From positions 96,001-160,000 of the forward strand of contig CAVXWP010000005.1 of NCBI GenBank assembly GCA_963765495.1: a stretch of 64,000 bases of DNA, read 5' to 3'. Below the pieces are notes generated by a model. The model ran no database searches. It was not told the origin of the DNA and saw only the letters and a list, made by a program, of their open reading frames with translations. Positions within the stretch are counted from its first letter, which is position 1. Each line of letters begins with the position of its first letter. Position numbers and translations under genes: made by a program. Origin of the DNA: Blastocatellia bacterium (GTDB lineage: Bacteria > Acidobacteriota > Blastocatellia > UBA7656). Positions 15,034-24,841 of this stretch are shown here, piece after piece.

Positions 15034-17025
15034 ATGCCTCACGATCTACACCTGCTACAGGAACTACTCATATTGCTTGTCGCGTCCGTGCCCATGGCCT
15101 TTATCTGCGCGCGGCTTCGACTTCCCACGATTGTAGGGTTTATGCTGACGGGCGTCTTGATAGGCCCCTATGGTCTGCGTCTGATCACAGATGTTCCGGC
15201 CATCGAAGCTCTGGCGGAAATAGGTGTCGTGCTGCTGTTGTTCACAATCGGGCTGGAATTTTCGCTGCGCCGAATACTACAGATGAAAAGGCTCGTCTTT
15301 CTGGGCGGAGGGTTACAGGTAGCCGTCACCACTCTGGCTGTAATAGGGCTCGCCTACGCGGTCAACCGCCCCGTCAATCAGGCGATCTTTTTCGGATTTC
15401 TTTTCGCGCTTTCCAGCACGGCCATCGTTTTAAAAAGCTATGTGGACCGCGCCGAAACCGATGCCCCGCACGCGAGGGCTGGCATAGGCATACTCCTGTT
15501 TCAAGACCTGTGCGTGGTCTTGATGATGATGATGGTTCCGGTGCTCGGCGGCAAAGAAGGATCATCCCCGGTCGCCGTGGCGACTACGCTTGTCACAGCC
15601 TTTGTGGCGATTGCCGTCATCCTCCTCACCGCGCGAAAGATCGTCCCCTTCGTGCTTCATCATGTAGTTCGCATGCGCAGTTCGGAGGTCTTTGTTATTT
15701 TCGTAGTAGTCGTAAGCCTGGGCACCTCCTGGGTAACATCGCAGTTCGGGTTATCGCTTGCGCTCGGGGCCTTTATCGCGGGGCTTGTGCTTTCCGAATC
15801 CGAATACAGCCATCAGATCGTAGCCGATGTGCTGCCGTTTCGCGATGTCTTTAACAGCGTCTTTTTTGTCTCTATCGGGATGCTGTTGTCGGTGAGTTTT
15901 CTGCTGTCCAACATAGTGACGGTGCTGGCGCTGGTGAGCGCCCTGATCGTTATCAAGGCCCTGATAATACTCCTCATCCTGCGGCCTCTGGGCAATTCAT
16001 TACGCATATCGACTATGGCCGCCGTGGGGCTTGCGCAAATCGGCGAGTTCTCCTTTATTCTGGCGAAGGCCGGTGTAATCGAGGGTCTGCTTTCAGACAG
16101 CGATTATCAGATTTTTCTCGCAGCCGCGATTATTTCGATGCTCTCGACCCCGTTTCTGATAAAGGCCGCGCCCCGCATCGGCTACAGCTTGCAGGCGATG
16201 TTGTCTCCCGATTCGCTGCTTGAACCAAGCATGATCGGCTATGACCCAAGAAAGAACGAGCTAAAAGGACATGTGGTCATTATCGGATACGGGCTGAACG
16301 GGCGAAACGTCTCGACCGTGCTTCGCCGCAATAACATCGCTTATGTCGTGCTGGATTTGAACGCAGACACGGTTCGAAAAATGGCAGCCGAAGGCGAACC
16401 GATGTTGTATGGAGATTCGACGCGAAAGGAAGTATTGCATCGCTTGAACCTGGAATGTGCCCGCGTGCTGGTTGTCGCCATATCAGACCCGATAGCGACC
16501 CGCCACACGGTGGCGCAGGCCCGCGAGATAAATTCTCACCTGCACATAATCGTGCGTACCCGTTACATGTCGGAATTATCCGATCTCTACAAGCTTGGAG
16601 CGAATCAGGTAATCCCCGAAGAGTTTGAAACCAGCATCGAGATTTTTTCTCGCGTGCTGGAAGAATACGGGCTGGCGCGCAACACCATACACAGGGAAGT
16701 CGAGCAGGTCAGACGCGAGGGCTATCAAATACTGCGAGCGCCTGCTGCGCCCCTGCTTGAGGTCGGGACCGTGGCCGATGCGCTCGGAGTCGCGTCTACC
16801 GACACTCTTTTTATTGAATCGAATTCACCGGCAGTGGGAAAAACCATAGGCGAGTTGAATCTGAGAAAAGAGACGGGCGCGACCGTGATAACGGCGATTC
16901 GAAGCGGGAAAACAGAAATCAACCCCGGGCCTGATTACAAATTCGAGCCGGATGACATCATAGTGCTGCTCGGCAACCCCGAATCCATCGAGAAAGCCCT
17001 TGAGCGTTTGAGCGCTTCCATCTGA
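15034..17025 (+). CDS. CPA2/Kef-type cation:proton antiporter with TrkA-N and TrkA-C (RCK) domains
   Basis: LLFTIGLEFS, LSSTAIV, LLFQD, QIGEFSF, IIGYGLNG, VIPEEFE; C-terminal GKTIGELNLR..GATVITAIR RCK_C. Confidence 0.93.
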   Translation: MPHDLHLLQELLILLVASVPMAFICARLRLPTIVGFMLTGVLIGPYGLRLITDVPAIEALAEIGVVLLLFTIGLEFSLRRILQMKRLVFLGGGLQVAVTTLAVIGLAYAVNRPVNQAIFFGFLFALSSTAIVLKSYVDRAETDAPHARAGIGILLFQDLCVVLMMMMVPVLGGKEGSSPVAVATTLVTAFVAIAVILLTARKIVPFVLHHVVRMRSSEVFVIFVVVVSLGTSWVTSQFGLSLALGAFIAGLVLSESEYSHQIVADVLPFRDVFNSVFFVSIGMLLSVSFLLSNIVTVLALVSALIVIKALIILLILRPLGNSLRISTMAAVGLAQIGEFSFILAKAGVIEGLLSDSDYQIFLAAAIISMLSTPFLIKAAPRIGYSLQAMLSPDSLLEPSMIGYDPRKNELKGHVVIIGYGLNGRNVSTVLRRNNIAYVVLDLNADTVRKMAAEGEPMLYGDSTRKEVLHRLNLECARVLVVAISDPIATRHTVAQAREINSHLHIIVRTRYMSELSDLYKLGANQVIPEEFETSIEIFSRVLEEYGLARNTIHREVEQVRREGYQILRAPAAPLLEVGTVADALGVASTDTLFIESNSPAVGKTIGELNLRKETGATVITAIRSGKTEINPGPDYKFEPDDIIVLLGNPESIEKALERLSASI

Positions 17026-17037
17026 CGCAAATAAAAC

Positions 17038-17067
17038 TGCGCGGTCTGAGATAAATCAGACCGCGCA
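17038..17067. terminator. Perfect 12-bp hairpin between convergent genes (likely terminator)
   Basis: tgcgcggtctga-gataaa-tcagaccgcgca; an A-run on the left gives a U-tract on the minus strand. Confidence 0.75.
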
Positions 17068-17086
17068 CAGCCATCAGTAAACTACC

Positions 17087-19129
17087 TCATTTCACCTTCG
17101 AAATCACTCGCCGCGCCGCTTCGGCCACTGCTTCGGCGGTGATCCCCAGATTTTTATAGATCACTTCGTAGGGCGCTGACGCTCCGAAGCGGTCAAGCCC
17201 GATGACCTCGCCGTCGAGTCCTACATAATGCCCCCACGCCATCGTTGTGCCCGCCTCTACAGCCACTCGCGCGCGAACCTCTGTGGGCAGGACAGACTCC
17301 CGATATTCGGGTGACTCTGCATCAAACAACTCCCAGCACGGCATAGAGACCACGCGGGCTCGCGTCTGTTCAGCCGCAAGCATCTCCTGCGCCTTGAGCG
17401 CGAGCTGGACCTCCGAGCCTGTTGCTATAAGGATCACTTCCGGGTTTTCGACATCTGCCAGAATGTAAGCGCCGCGCGATGCCGCATCTGACGAAGGGTA
17501 ACGGGTGCGATCAAGCACGGGCAACGCCTGCCGTGTCAGCACAATCGCGGTCGGCCCGTGGCGGCGAGTGAGAGCTACGCGCCAGGCTTCTACGGTTTCT
17601 GTCGCATCGGCCGGGCGAAATACGGTCAGATTCGGGATCGCCCTCAAACTCGTTAACTGCTCTACAGGCTGATGCGTCGGGCCGTCTTCGCCCAGACCTA
17701 TGCTGTCGTGGGTGTAGACAAAAATGACCGGCAGTTCCATCAAGGCCGCCAGCCGAACGGGCGGACGCATATACTCCGAAAAGATCAGGAACGTGCCGCC
17801 GTAGGGCCGCACTCCTCCGTGCAGCGCAAGCCCGTTAAGTATGGCTCCCATGCCGTGTTCGCGCACGCCAAAGCGAATATAGCGCCCCGAGAAATCTTCG
17901 CGCGACAAAGAATCCTCGCCCTTTGGAAGCGTGTTGTTTGAAGGCGTCAGGTCGGCTGAACCGCCGAGCAGGTTTCTGATGCGCGGCGCTATTGCGTTTA
18001 GCACCGCGCCCGAAGCCGCTCTCGTGGCCAGAGGTTTATCTGTCGGGAAATCGGGTAAATCCTGATCCCAGCCTTCGGGCAACTCGCCCCGGCGAACGAG
18101 GTCAAACACTTCGGCAAGTTCGGCGTGCTCTTCCCTGTACCCGGAAACTAATCGCTCCCACTCCGATTGTTGAACGGCTCCTGCCGCGCCGGATTTTTGC
18201 ATAAACGCGCGCGCCTCGTCGGGCACATAAAACTGCCTGTCCGCAGGCCAGCCAAGCCGCTCTTTTGCCAGCCGGACTTCTTCTACGCCGAGCGGTTCGC
18301 CGTGCGCCTTGCTTGTGTCTTGCCGGTTGGGGCTGCCAAACCCTATGTGCGTTTTACAGGCGATAAGCGAAGGCCGCGCGGTTTCGGCCCTTGCCGTTTG
18401 GATAGCGGCCTCGACCGCCGCCGCATCGTGCCCGTCAACGCGCTCGGTGTGCCAGCCGTAAGCCTTAAAGCGGGCGGGAACGTCTTCGCTGAAAGAGAGA
18501 GAGGTCGGGCCGTCGATGCTTATGCCGTTGTCGTCATAGAGGACGATAAGTTTGCCAAGCCCGAGATGCCCGGCAAGCGCACAGGCTTCGTGCGAGACGC
18601 CCTCCATCAAATCGCCGTCGCTTGCGATTGCATAGGTGTAGTGATCGACTATAGAAAAGCCCGGACGGTTGAATGTAGCCGCGAGCCAGCGTTCGGCTAT
18701 CGCCATCCCCACGGCGTTTGAGATGCCCTGCCCGAGCGGGCCGGTCGTCGTCTCTACTCCCGATGTCAGACCATGCTCGGGATGACCGGGTGTGCGGCTG
18801 CCCCACTGACGGAAGGATTGCAACTCTTCAATCGGCAGATCGTAGCCGCTCAGATGCAGGAGGCTGTAAAGCAGCATAGAGCCGTGCCCGGCTGAGAGCA
18901 CGAAACGGTCGCGGTCAAACCAGGCCGGATCGGTCGGGTTGTGCTTTAGAAACTGCGTCCATAACACGACCGATGCATCTGCCATACCCATAGGCATACC
19001 CGGATGCCCGGAGTTTGCTTTTTGCACGCCGTCCATAGCAAGCGCGCGGATCGTGTCGGCCGAAAGCCTGCGCAATCCCGCAAGGTCAGAAGCCTTGAAA
19101 GGCGTGGGCGCAAGTGTCTGGTCAGTCAT
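17087..19129 (-). CDS. tkt: Transketolase
   Basis: [45 protein letters not shown]. Confidence 0.98.
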   Translation of the reverse strand: MTDQTLAPTPFKASDLAGLRRLSADTIRALAMDGVQKANSGHPGMPMGMADASVVLWTQFLKHNPTDPAWFDRDRFVLSAGHGSMLLYSLLHLSGYDLPIEELQSFRQWGSRTPGHPEHGLTSGVETTTGPLGQGISNAVGMAIAERWLAATFNRPGFSIVDHYTYAIASDGDLMEGVSHEACALAGHLGLGKLIVLYDDNGISIDGPTSLSFSEDVPARFKAYGWHTERVDGHDAAAVEAAIQTARAETARPSLIACKTHIGFGSPNRQDTSKAHGEPLGVEEVRLAKERLGWPADRQFYVPDEARAFMQKSGAAGAVQQSEWERLVSGYREEHAELAEVFDLVRRGELPEGWDQDLPDFPTDKPLATRAASGAVLNAIAPRIRNLLGGSADLTPSNNTLPKGEDSLSREDFSGRYIRFGVREHGMGAILNGLALHGGVRPYGGTFLIFSEYMRPPVRLAALMELPVIFVYTHDSIGLGEDGPTHQPVEQLTSLRAIPNLTVFRPADATETVEAWRVALTRRHGPTAIVLTRQALPVLDRTRYPSSDAASRGAYILADVENPEVILIATGSEVQLALKAQEMLAAEQTRARVVSMPCWELFDAESPEYRESVLPTEVRARVAVEAGTTMAWGHYVGLDGEVIGLDRFGASAPYEVIYKNLGITAEAVAEAARRVISKVK

Positions 19130-19220
19130 CTTCTATTCTCACTTTCTTTGAGTGTTTCCTTATGATCGACAGTTGCACTACTATACCAGCGAATGCGCGT
19201 TTGGGACGAGCAAAATCACT

Positions 19221-19254
19221 CTGAGATTTCAAATCTCAAATCTCAAAATCTCAG
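19221..19254. repeat. TCTCAAA-family periodic palindrome
   Basis: ctgagatttcaaatctcaaatctcaaaatctcag; contains the AKR stop codon. Confidence 0.75.
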
Positions 19255-20201
19255 TAGGCGCTTGCCTGGTTCAATACCTCTATCGAAGCGGGATCGAGTT
19301 CGAGTTTTGTCGCTTCGATCAAGTCGCTCAACTGTTCGGGGCTTGTGGCGCTGGCTATGGGCGCGGTGATGCTGGGGCGAGCCATAAGCCACGCGATTGA
19401 AACCGAGGCGGGGGTTGAATCGTGCTCTCTGGCTACGCGGTCGAGAGCCTCAAGAATGCGTTCGCCCCGCTCATTCAGATATTTTTTGACTCTTCCGCCA
19501 CGGGCGCTTTTTGACAGGTCATCTTCGGATCTGTATTTTCCTGTGAGGAAACCGCTCGCGAGCGAAAAATAACTTATTACGCCCAACCCCTTCTCTGCGC
19601 AAAGCGGCTCAAGCTTTGTCTCGTAGTCGGCGCGATCATAAAGGTTATACAACGGCTGAAGGCTTTCGTATCTGGGACAGCCCTGTCGCTGGCTGACCTC
19701 CAGCGCCTCAGAAAGTCGCTCCGCGCTATAATTTGAAGCGCCGATAGCCCTGATTTTTCCCTGCTCGATCAGCTCCGCAAAGGTCGCAAGCGTCTCTTCA
19801 AGCGGCGTGTCGGGGTCATCAATATGCGCTTGATACAGATCAATATAATCGGTTTCGAGGCGTTTCAGCGAATCTTCGACCGAACTCAGGATATAGGATT
19901 TTGAGAGGCCCTTGCGGCCCGGCCCCATCTCCATTCCCACCTTTGTGGCGATTACGACCTTTTGCCTGTTCCCGCTTCGCTTCATCCATTTGCCCAGGAT
20001 GGTTTCCGACTCTCCGCCTTTGTTGCCCGGAACCCAGGCCGAATATACATCCGCCGTATCGATGAAATCGAACCCCGCTTCGACAAAGCCGTCAAGCAAC
20101 TTAAATGATGTGGCTTCGTCCACGGTCCACCCAAAAATGTTGCCTCCGAAAGCCAGCGGCGCGACTTCCAAACCGGAATTTCCAAGCCTGCGTTTTTTCA
20201 T
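19251..20201 (-). CDS. Aldo/keto reductase
   Basis: IDTADVY, IATKVG, YIDLYQAH, GASNY, SLASGFLTGKY; SD before ATG 20201. Confidence 0.93.
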   Translation of the reverse strand: MKKRRLGNSGLEVAPLAFGGNIFGWTVDEATSFKLLDGFVEAGFDFIDTADVYSAWVPGNKGGESETILGKWMKRSGNRQKVVIATKVGMEMGPGRKGLSKSYILSSVEDSLKRLETDYIDLYQAHIDDPDTPLEETLATFAELIEQGKIRAIGASNYSAERLSEALEVSQRQGCPRYESLQPLYNLYDRADYETKLEPLCAEKGLGVISYFSLASGFLTGKYRSEDDLSKSARGGRVKKYLNERGERILEALDRVAREHDSTPASVSIAWLMARPSITAPIASATSPEQLSDLIEATKLELDPASIEVLNQASAY

Positions 20202-20454
20202 TTCTATATGTTCTCCCGTTCTCATTCTCGCTTCAGATGCGGTTGTGATTCAACTCCGCGAGGATTAGTATGGGTCGATCAAATATTTTCCATCAGCCGA
20301 TGCATCTGTTGTGGGCGATACAGAGGTCGAGAAGCGGTTTGGGGTTAAACATTTTGGCCAGTCAAGTAGTACAATTTACCCCGGCCTGACTAAGAGTAAT
20401 CCATTCTCTTGATGCGGCGCTGTGGGCGCGAAAATCACAAAAGTGAGTATACGT

Positions 20455-21516
20455 ATGACAATTCCAACCGAGCCAATCGGGAGCATTCCAAGACCCCTTG
20501 CGTTGATCGAGGCGGTCACCACACTCGGCGGTACGGACCCGGAATTGGAGCCGCTCTACGACGAGGCGACCCGCGACACCATCGTGCGGTTCGAGGCTAC
20601 GGGCTCGCCTGTCATCACCGACGGAGAGCAGAGAAAGTACCACAATTTCTGGACCTACTGCGTGCATGGATTGCCGAACACGGCCCCGGACGGCTTCAAA
20701 ATTCCGTTCTCAGCCGGTCACACGCGCCGTATGCCACGGCTGACGGGAGGGCCTTTCCGTTACAAGAGGTATGCGGACAGCTATCTGGACTTTGCGTTGC
20801 GCTGCGCCCACGTGCCTGTAAAGCAGGCAGTAATCTCGCCCTCGGCCCTGAGCCTCATGTACCCGCCCGATGAAATTGACGGCTACTCCCGCGAGCAGTT
20901 TATCGAAGATCTGCTACGCGAGCACGAAACCGAGGTGCGTGCCTGTTTGTGGAAAGGCGCGCACAAGGTGCAGATCGATTTTACGGAAGGACGGCTTGCA
21001 ATCAAGATCGACCCTTCCGGGAATCTCCTCCACAGTTTTATTGACCTGAATAACCTGGCACTATCGCGCTTCTCCGCCGAAGACCGCAAGCGCATCGGCG
21101 TGCATACCTGTCCGGGCGGTGACATTGATTCGACCCACAGCGCGGACGTTGATTACGCCGAACTGCTGCCCAGCCTGTTTGAGTTGCTGGCGGGGAACTT
21201 CTACATTGCGCTGGCGGGCGAAAGCGACCGTATCCGCATACTGAAAATCATCCGCGACCACATGAAGGCGGACCAGCGGGTTTTCATCGGTGTAGTCGCG
21301 CCGATTGACCCGCGTGTCGAGACAGCGGAAGAGATTCGTGATCGGGTTCTTGAGGCGGCTCAGTATATTCCGGTCGAGCAACTGGGCACGACCGACGACT
21401 GCGGGTTCTCGCCGTTTTGCGATGATACCTCTACCACTCGCGACATGGCCTTTGAAAAGATAAGTGCGCGGGTGCAGGGTACTGGGCTCGCGGCGGAAAT
21501 ACTTGGGGGTGATTGA
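20455..21516 (+). CDS. Single-barrel cobalamin-independent methionine synthase II (MetE C-terminal-like) family protein
   Basis: TEPIGSIPRP, TDGEQR, QIDF, HTCPGG (HxC) and DDCGF zinc-ligand motifs; about half the length of MetE. Confidence 0.88.
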   Translation: MTIPTEPIGSIPRPLALIEAVTTLGGTDPELEPLYDEATRDTIVRFEATGSPVITDGEQRKYHNFWTYCVHGLPNTAPDGFKIPFSAGHTRRMPRLTGGPFRYKRYADSYLDFALRCAHVPVKQAVISPSALSLMYPPDEIDGYSREQFIEDLLREHETEVRACLWKGAHKVQIDFTEGRLAIKIDPSGNLLHSFIDLNNLALSRFSAEDRKRIGVHTCPGGDIDSTHSADVDYAELLPSLFELLAGNFYIALAGESDRIRILKIIRDHMKADQRVFIGVVAPIDPRVETAEEIRDRVLEAAQYIPVEQLGTTDDCGFSPFCDDTSTTRDMAFEKISARVQGTGLAAEILGGD

Positions 21517-23591
21517 TGGCGACGGAAGATAACGAGGAGGAACGGCTACGTTCCGTTGCCCTGCAAAACGCCCAAAGCATACTCCTTGCGCGTCGCCGCG
21601 CAGAAGATGCTTTGCAAAAGCAGACGGAGTGGCTTCGGGTAACGCTTTCGAGCATAGGCGACGCCGTCATCAGCACCGACGCCGAGGGACGGGTGACGTT
21701 CATGAACGTTGTAGCCGAGTCGTTGATCGGCTGCCTTCAGGACGAGGCTTTAGGGCACCCGCTGCAAGAGGTCTTCCACATCATTAACGAGCAGACCCGC
21801 GAGCCGGTTGATAACCCCGTTGAAAAAGTCTTACGGGAAGGCAAAGTTGTTGGGCTGGCAAACCACACAATCCTCATCGCCCGGGACGGCACAGAGCGGA
21901 TCATCGACGACAGCGCCGCCCCGATTCAGGATGACAGTGGACAAGTAGTCGGAGTCGTACTGGTATTTCATGACATCACCGGGCACAAGCAGGCTGAGAG
22001 GGCGAGCGCGCATCTGGCGGCTATAGTACAATCCTCCGACGATGCCATCATCAGCAAGAACCTGGATGGGATCATAATGAGTTGGAATAAGGGCGCGGAA
22101 AGGCTGTTCGGTTATACGGCGGCGGAAATCGTCGGTCGGCCGGTCACAACACTTATTCCCTCGCAGCACATTGACGAAGAACCTCGTATTCTCGCAAAGA
22201 TCAGGCGGGGCGAAACGGTTGACCATTACGAAACCGTGCGGCAGCGCAAGGACGGGTCACTTGTTGATATCTCGCTCACCGTTTCGCCGATTCGCGACGA
22301 GGCCGGAAACATCATCGGGGCGTCTAAAATCGCCCGCGATATCACCGGGCAGAAGCGGGCGAGAATCGAACGCGAGCAGTTGCTGGCAAGCGAGCAGGAA
22401 GCGCGGCAGCAGGCCGAAGCGGCCAATCGAATGAAGGACGAGTTTCTCGCAACGGTTTCGCACGAGCTCCGCACGCCGTTAAATGCAATTCTCGGATGGG
22501 CCAGGCTTCTTTCCAGTGGAAAACTCGACACCGAGACGGCGGCACGCGGGCTAAAATCCATCGAGCAAAACTCCAAGGCCCAGTCCCAGCTTATCGAAGA
22601 CCTGCTCGATGTTTCGCGCATAATCTCAGGGAAGTTCCGTCTAAAGGCCCAGCCCATTGAAGTCGCGCTTGTCATTGAGGCGGCCATTGATTCGGTGCGC
22701 CCGACAGCCGAGGCCAAAGGGATAAGATTGCAGGTGGTGCTCGATCCCGACGCGGGGCCGGTTTCAGGCGATGCGGACAGACTTCAGCAGGTCGTCTGGA
22801 ACCTGCTTTCCAACGCCATCAAATTCACCCCGAAAGGCGGGCGCGTACAGGTGCGTCTGATGCAAATCAACTCGCACATAGAGCTTGAAATCAGCGATAC
22901 GGGGCAGGGGATAACAAGCGAGTTTCTGCCTTATGTCTTTGACCGTTTTCGGCAGGCGGACGGCTCGCATACACGATTTCACGGCGGCTTAGGACTGGGC
23001 CTGGCCATCGTGCGTCACATCGTAGAACTTCACGGTGGCAGTGTTGCCGCCGACAGCCCTGGTAAAGATCAGGGGGCAACCTTTACAATCAGGCTTCCCT
23101 TGATAGTGTCTCACAAGAAAGCGAGGGGCGAAGAGCGAGTTCATCCCAGAGTAGATGGCAAAGAGGAGTTGCACTTTCAACCTTCCCCGAAACTCGAAGG
23201 GGTAAAAGTGCTGCTCGTTGATGACGAGCCGGAATCGCTTATTCTCTTAAACACCGTGCTTACCCAGACCGGCGCATATGTCAAAACCGCCTCCTCGGCA
23301 GATGAAGGGTTTGCGCAGGTTAAAGAGTGGAGACCCGATGTAATCGTGTCGGATGTCGGAATGCCGGGAGAAGACGGATACGCGTTTATGAAACGAGTGA
23401 AGACGTGGATGCGAGAAACGGGGATCTGGATTCCGGCAGTGGCGCTCACCGCCTATGCGCGGGCCGAAGACAGGATGAAGGCCCTCGCTTCCGGTTATCA
23501 AATTCACGTGCCCAAACCGGTTGAGCCTGCGGAGCTAATCACCGTGCTTATAAGTTTAGTTGAGAGGCCCTCGACAGATCAGCAGGAGTGA
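21516..23591 (+). CDS. Soluble PAS-PAS hybrid sensor histidine kinase with receiver domain
   Basis: Two PAS/PAC repeats, SHELRTPL H-box, NLLSNAIKF, GLGLGL, receiver VDDE...SDVGMP...KP; TGATG overlap with the upstream gene. Confidence 0.95.
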   Translation: MATEDNEEERLRSVALQNAQSILLARRRAEDALQKQTEWLRVTLSSIGDAVISTDAEGRVTFMNVVAESLIGCLQDEALGHPLQEVFHIINEQTREPVDNPVEKVLREGKVVGLANHTILIARDGTERIIDDSAAPIQDDSGQVVGVVLVFHDITGHKQAERASAHLAAIVQSSDDAIISKNLDGIIMSWNKGAERLFGYTAAEIVGRPVTTLIPSQHIDEEPRILAKIRRGETVDHYETVRQRKDGSLVDISLTVSPIRDEAGNIIGASKIARDITGQKRARIEREQLLASEQEARQQAEAANRMKDEFLATVSHELRTPLNAILGWARLLSSGKLDTETAARGLKSIEQNSKAQSQLIEDLLDVSRIISGKFRLKAQPIEVALVIEAAIDSVRPTAEAKGIRLQVVLDPDAGPVSGDADRLQQVVWNLLSNAIKFTPKGGRVQVRLMQINSHIELEISDTGQGITSEFLPYVFDRFRQADGSHTRFHGGLGLGLAIVRHIVELHGGSVAADSPGKDQGATFTIRLPLIVSHKKARGEERVHPRVDGKEELHFQPSPKLEGVKVLLVDDEPESLILLNTVLTQTGAYVKTASSADEGFAQVKEWRPDVIVSDVGMPGEDGYAFMKRVKTWMRETGIWIPAVALTAYARAEDRMKALASGYQIHVPKPVEPAELITVLISLVERPSTDQQE

Positions 23592-23700
23592 TTGCAGAAA
23601 ATTCCTCGCTCAATATTTATCGGTTGATAAAAAATTTAGCGAGCCGGTTTATTAGACAACTTTTCACAGACGAAACACGTATGGACGAGTGGAAATCATC

Positions 23701-24840
23701 ATGAAATATGGAAAACTCATCCTGAAGAATATTCTGCGCAATAAACGGCGCTCGCTTTTGACCATATCGAGTCTGGTTGTGTCGCTGTTTCTGATGATCA
23801 CGCTTGCGACGATCCTGACCGAGTTTACGCGCGGGAGCGAAGAGGCAAACCCGTTGAGGCTGGTCACACGGCACTCGGTTTCGCTCACATTCCCCCTGCC
23901 TGTCGCTTATACCCAGCGCATAGCGACGGTTCCGGGCGTAAAGCGTGTCATGCCCTTTAGCTGGTTTGGCGGAATCTATAAGGACGAGAAGAATTTCTTT
24001 GCCAACTTCGCCTGCGACGCCAGCCAGTTGCACGAGATCATGACCGAACTGAAGATGTCCGACGCCGAGTGGCAACAGTTTGTCTCTGACCGGCAGGGCG
24101 CTGTCGTGGGCGCAAAGCTTGCCAAACTCTACGGTTTCTATCCCGGTCAGCGCATAACATTGAAGAGCCCTATTTATAACGCGAGCATGGAATTCATCGT
24201 ACGCGGTATCGCCTCGGGCGGGGATGAAAAGACGCTCTATTTTCATCACGATTATCTGAACGAATCGCTGCCCGCGTGGGCCAAAGACAAGGTAGGCACG
24301 ATCAGTATTCTGGCAGACAGCGCAGCCGATGTGCCTCGCATAGCGCAGGCGGTTGACTCGATGTTTATAAACACCGACGCTCCTACAAAGACCGAAAGCG
24401 AGCGCGAATTTGCAATGAGCTTTCAAACCATGATGGGCGGCGTAAAAACATTTATGTACGGCATTATGGCCGCGATCACGTTTTCGCTGCTGCTCGTTAT
24501 GGCAAACACCATGGCGATGAGCGTGCGCGAGCGCACACGCGAAGTCGGCACGCTCAAGGCATTAGGCTTTCAGCGCGGAACGATCGCGTGGCTTTTCGTA
24601 GGCGAATCGATGCTGATCTCTGTCTTTGGCGCGACGCTCGGTATCTTTCTTGCGATGATGGTCTTCTCTTCGTTCGATCTGAGTCTGTACATCCCGAATT
24701 TCGCCTCTTTTATACCATCGACTGAAACGCTGGTCGTCGCTTTCTTCCTCGCGCTCTTTATAGGAGTTGCGAGCGTCATCTATTCGGCCTATCGCGTTTC
24801 GGGAATGACCATAGCCGATGCGTTGCGGAGCACGGAATAA
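23701..24840 (+). CDS. ABC transporter permease (MacB/FtsX family)
   Basis: RNKRRSLLT and MSVRERTREVGTLKALGF. Confidence 0.92.
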   Translation: MKYGKLILKNILRNKRRSLLTISSLVVSLFLMITLATILTEFTRGSEEANPLRLVTRHSVSLTFPLPVAYTQRIATVPGVKRVMPFSWFGGIYKDEKNFFANFACDASQLHEIMTELKMSDAEWQQFVSDRQGAVVGAKLAKLYGFYPGQRITLKSPIYNASMEFIVRGIASGGDEKTLYFHHDYLNESLPAWAKDKVGTISILADSAADVPRIAQAVDSMFINTDAPTKTESEREFAMSFQTMMGGVKTFMYGIMAAITFSLLLVMANTMAMSVRERTREVGTLKALGFQRGTIAWLFVGESMLISVFGATLGIFLAMMVFSSFDLSLYIPNFASFIPSTETLVVAFFLALFIGVASVIYSAYRVSGMTIADALRSTE

Positions 24841-24841
24841 T

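Noticed and set aside
20226-20454. SAM, SAH or cobalamin riboswitch upstream of the MetE-like gene
   Set aside because: No recognisable conserved boxes by eye; an Rfam cmscan would be needed to exclude it formally.
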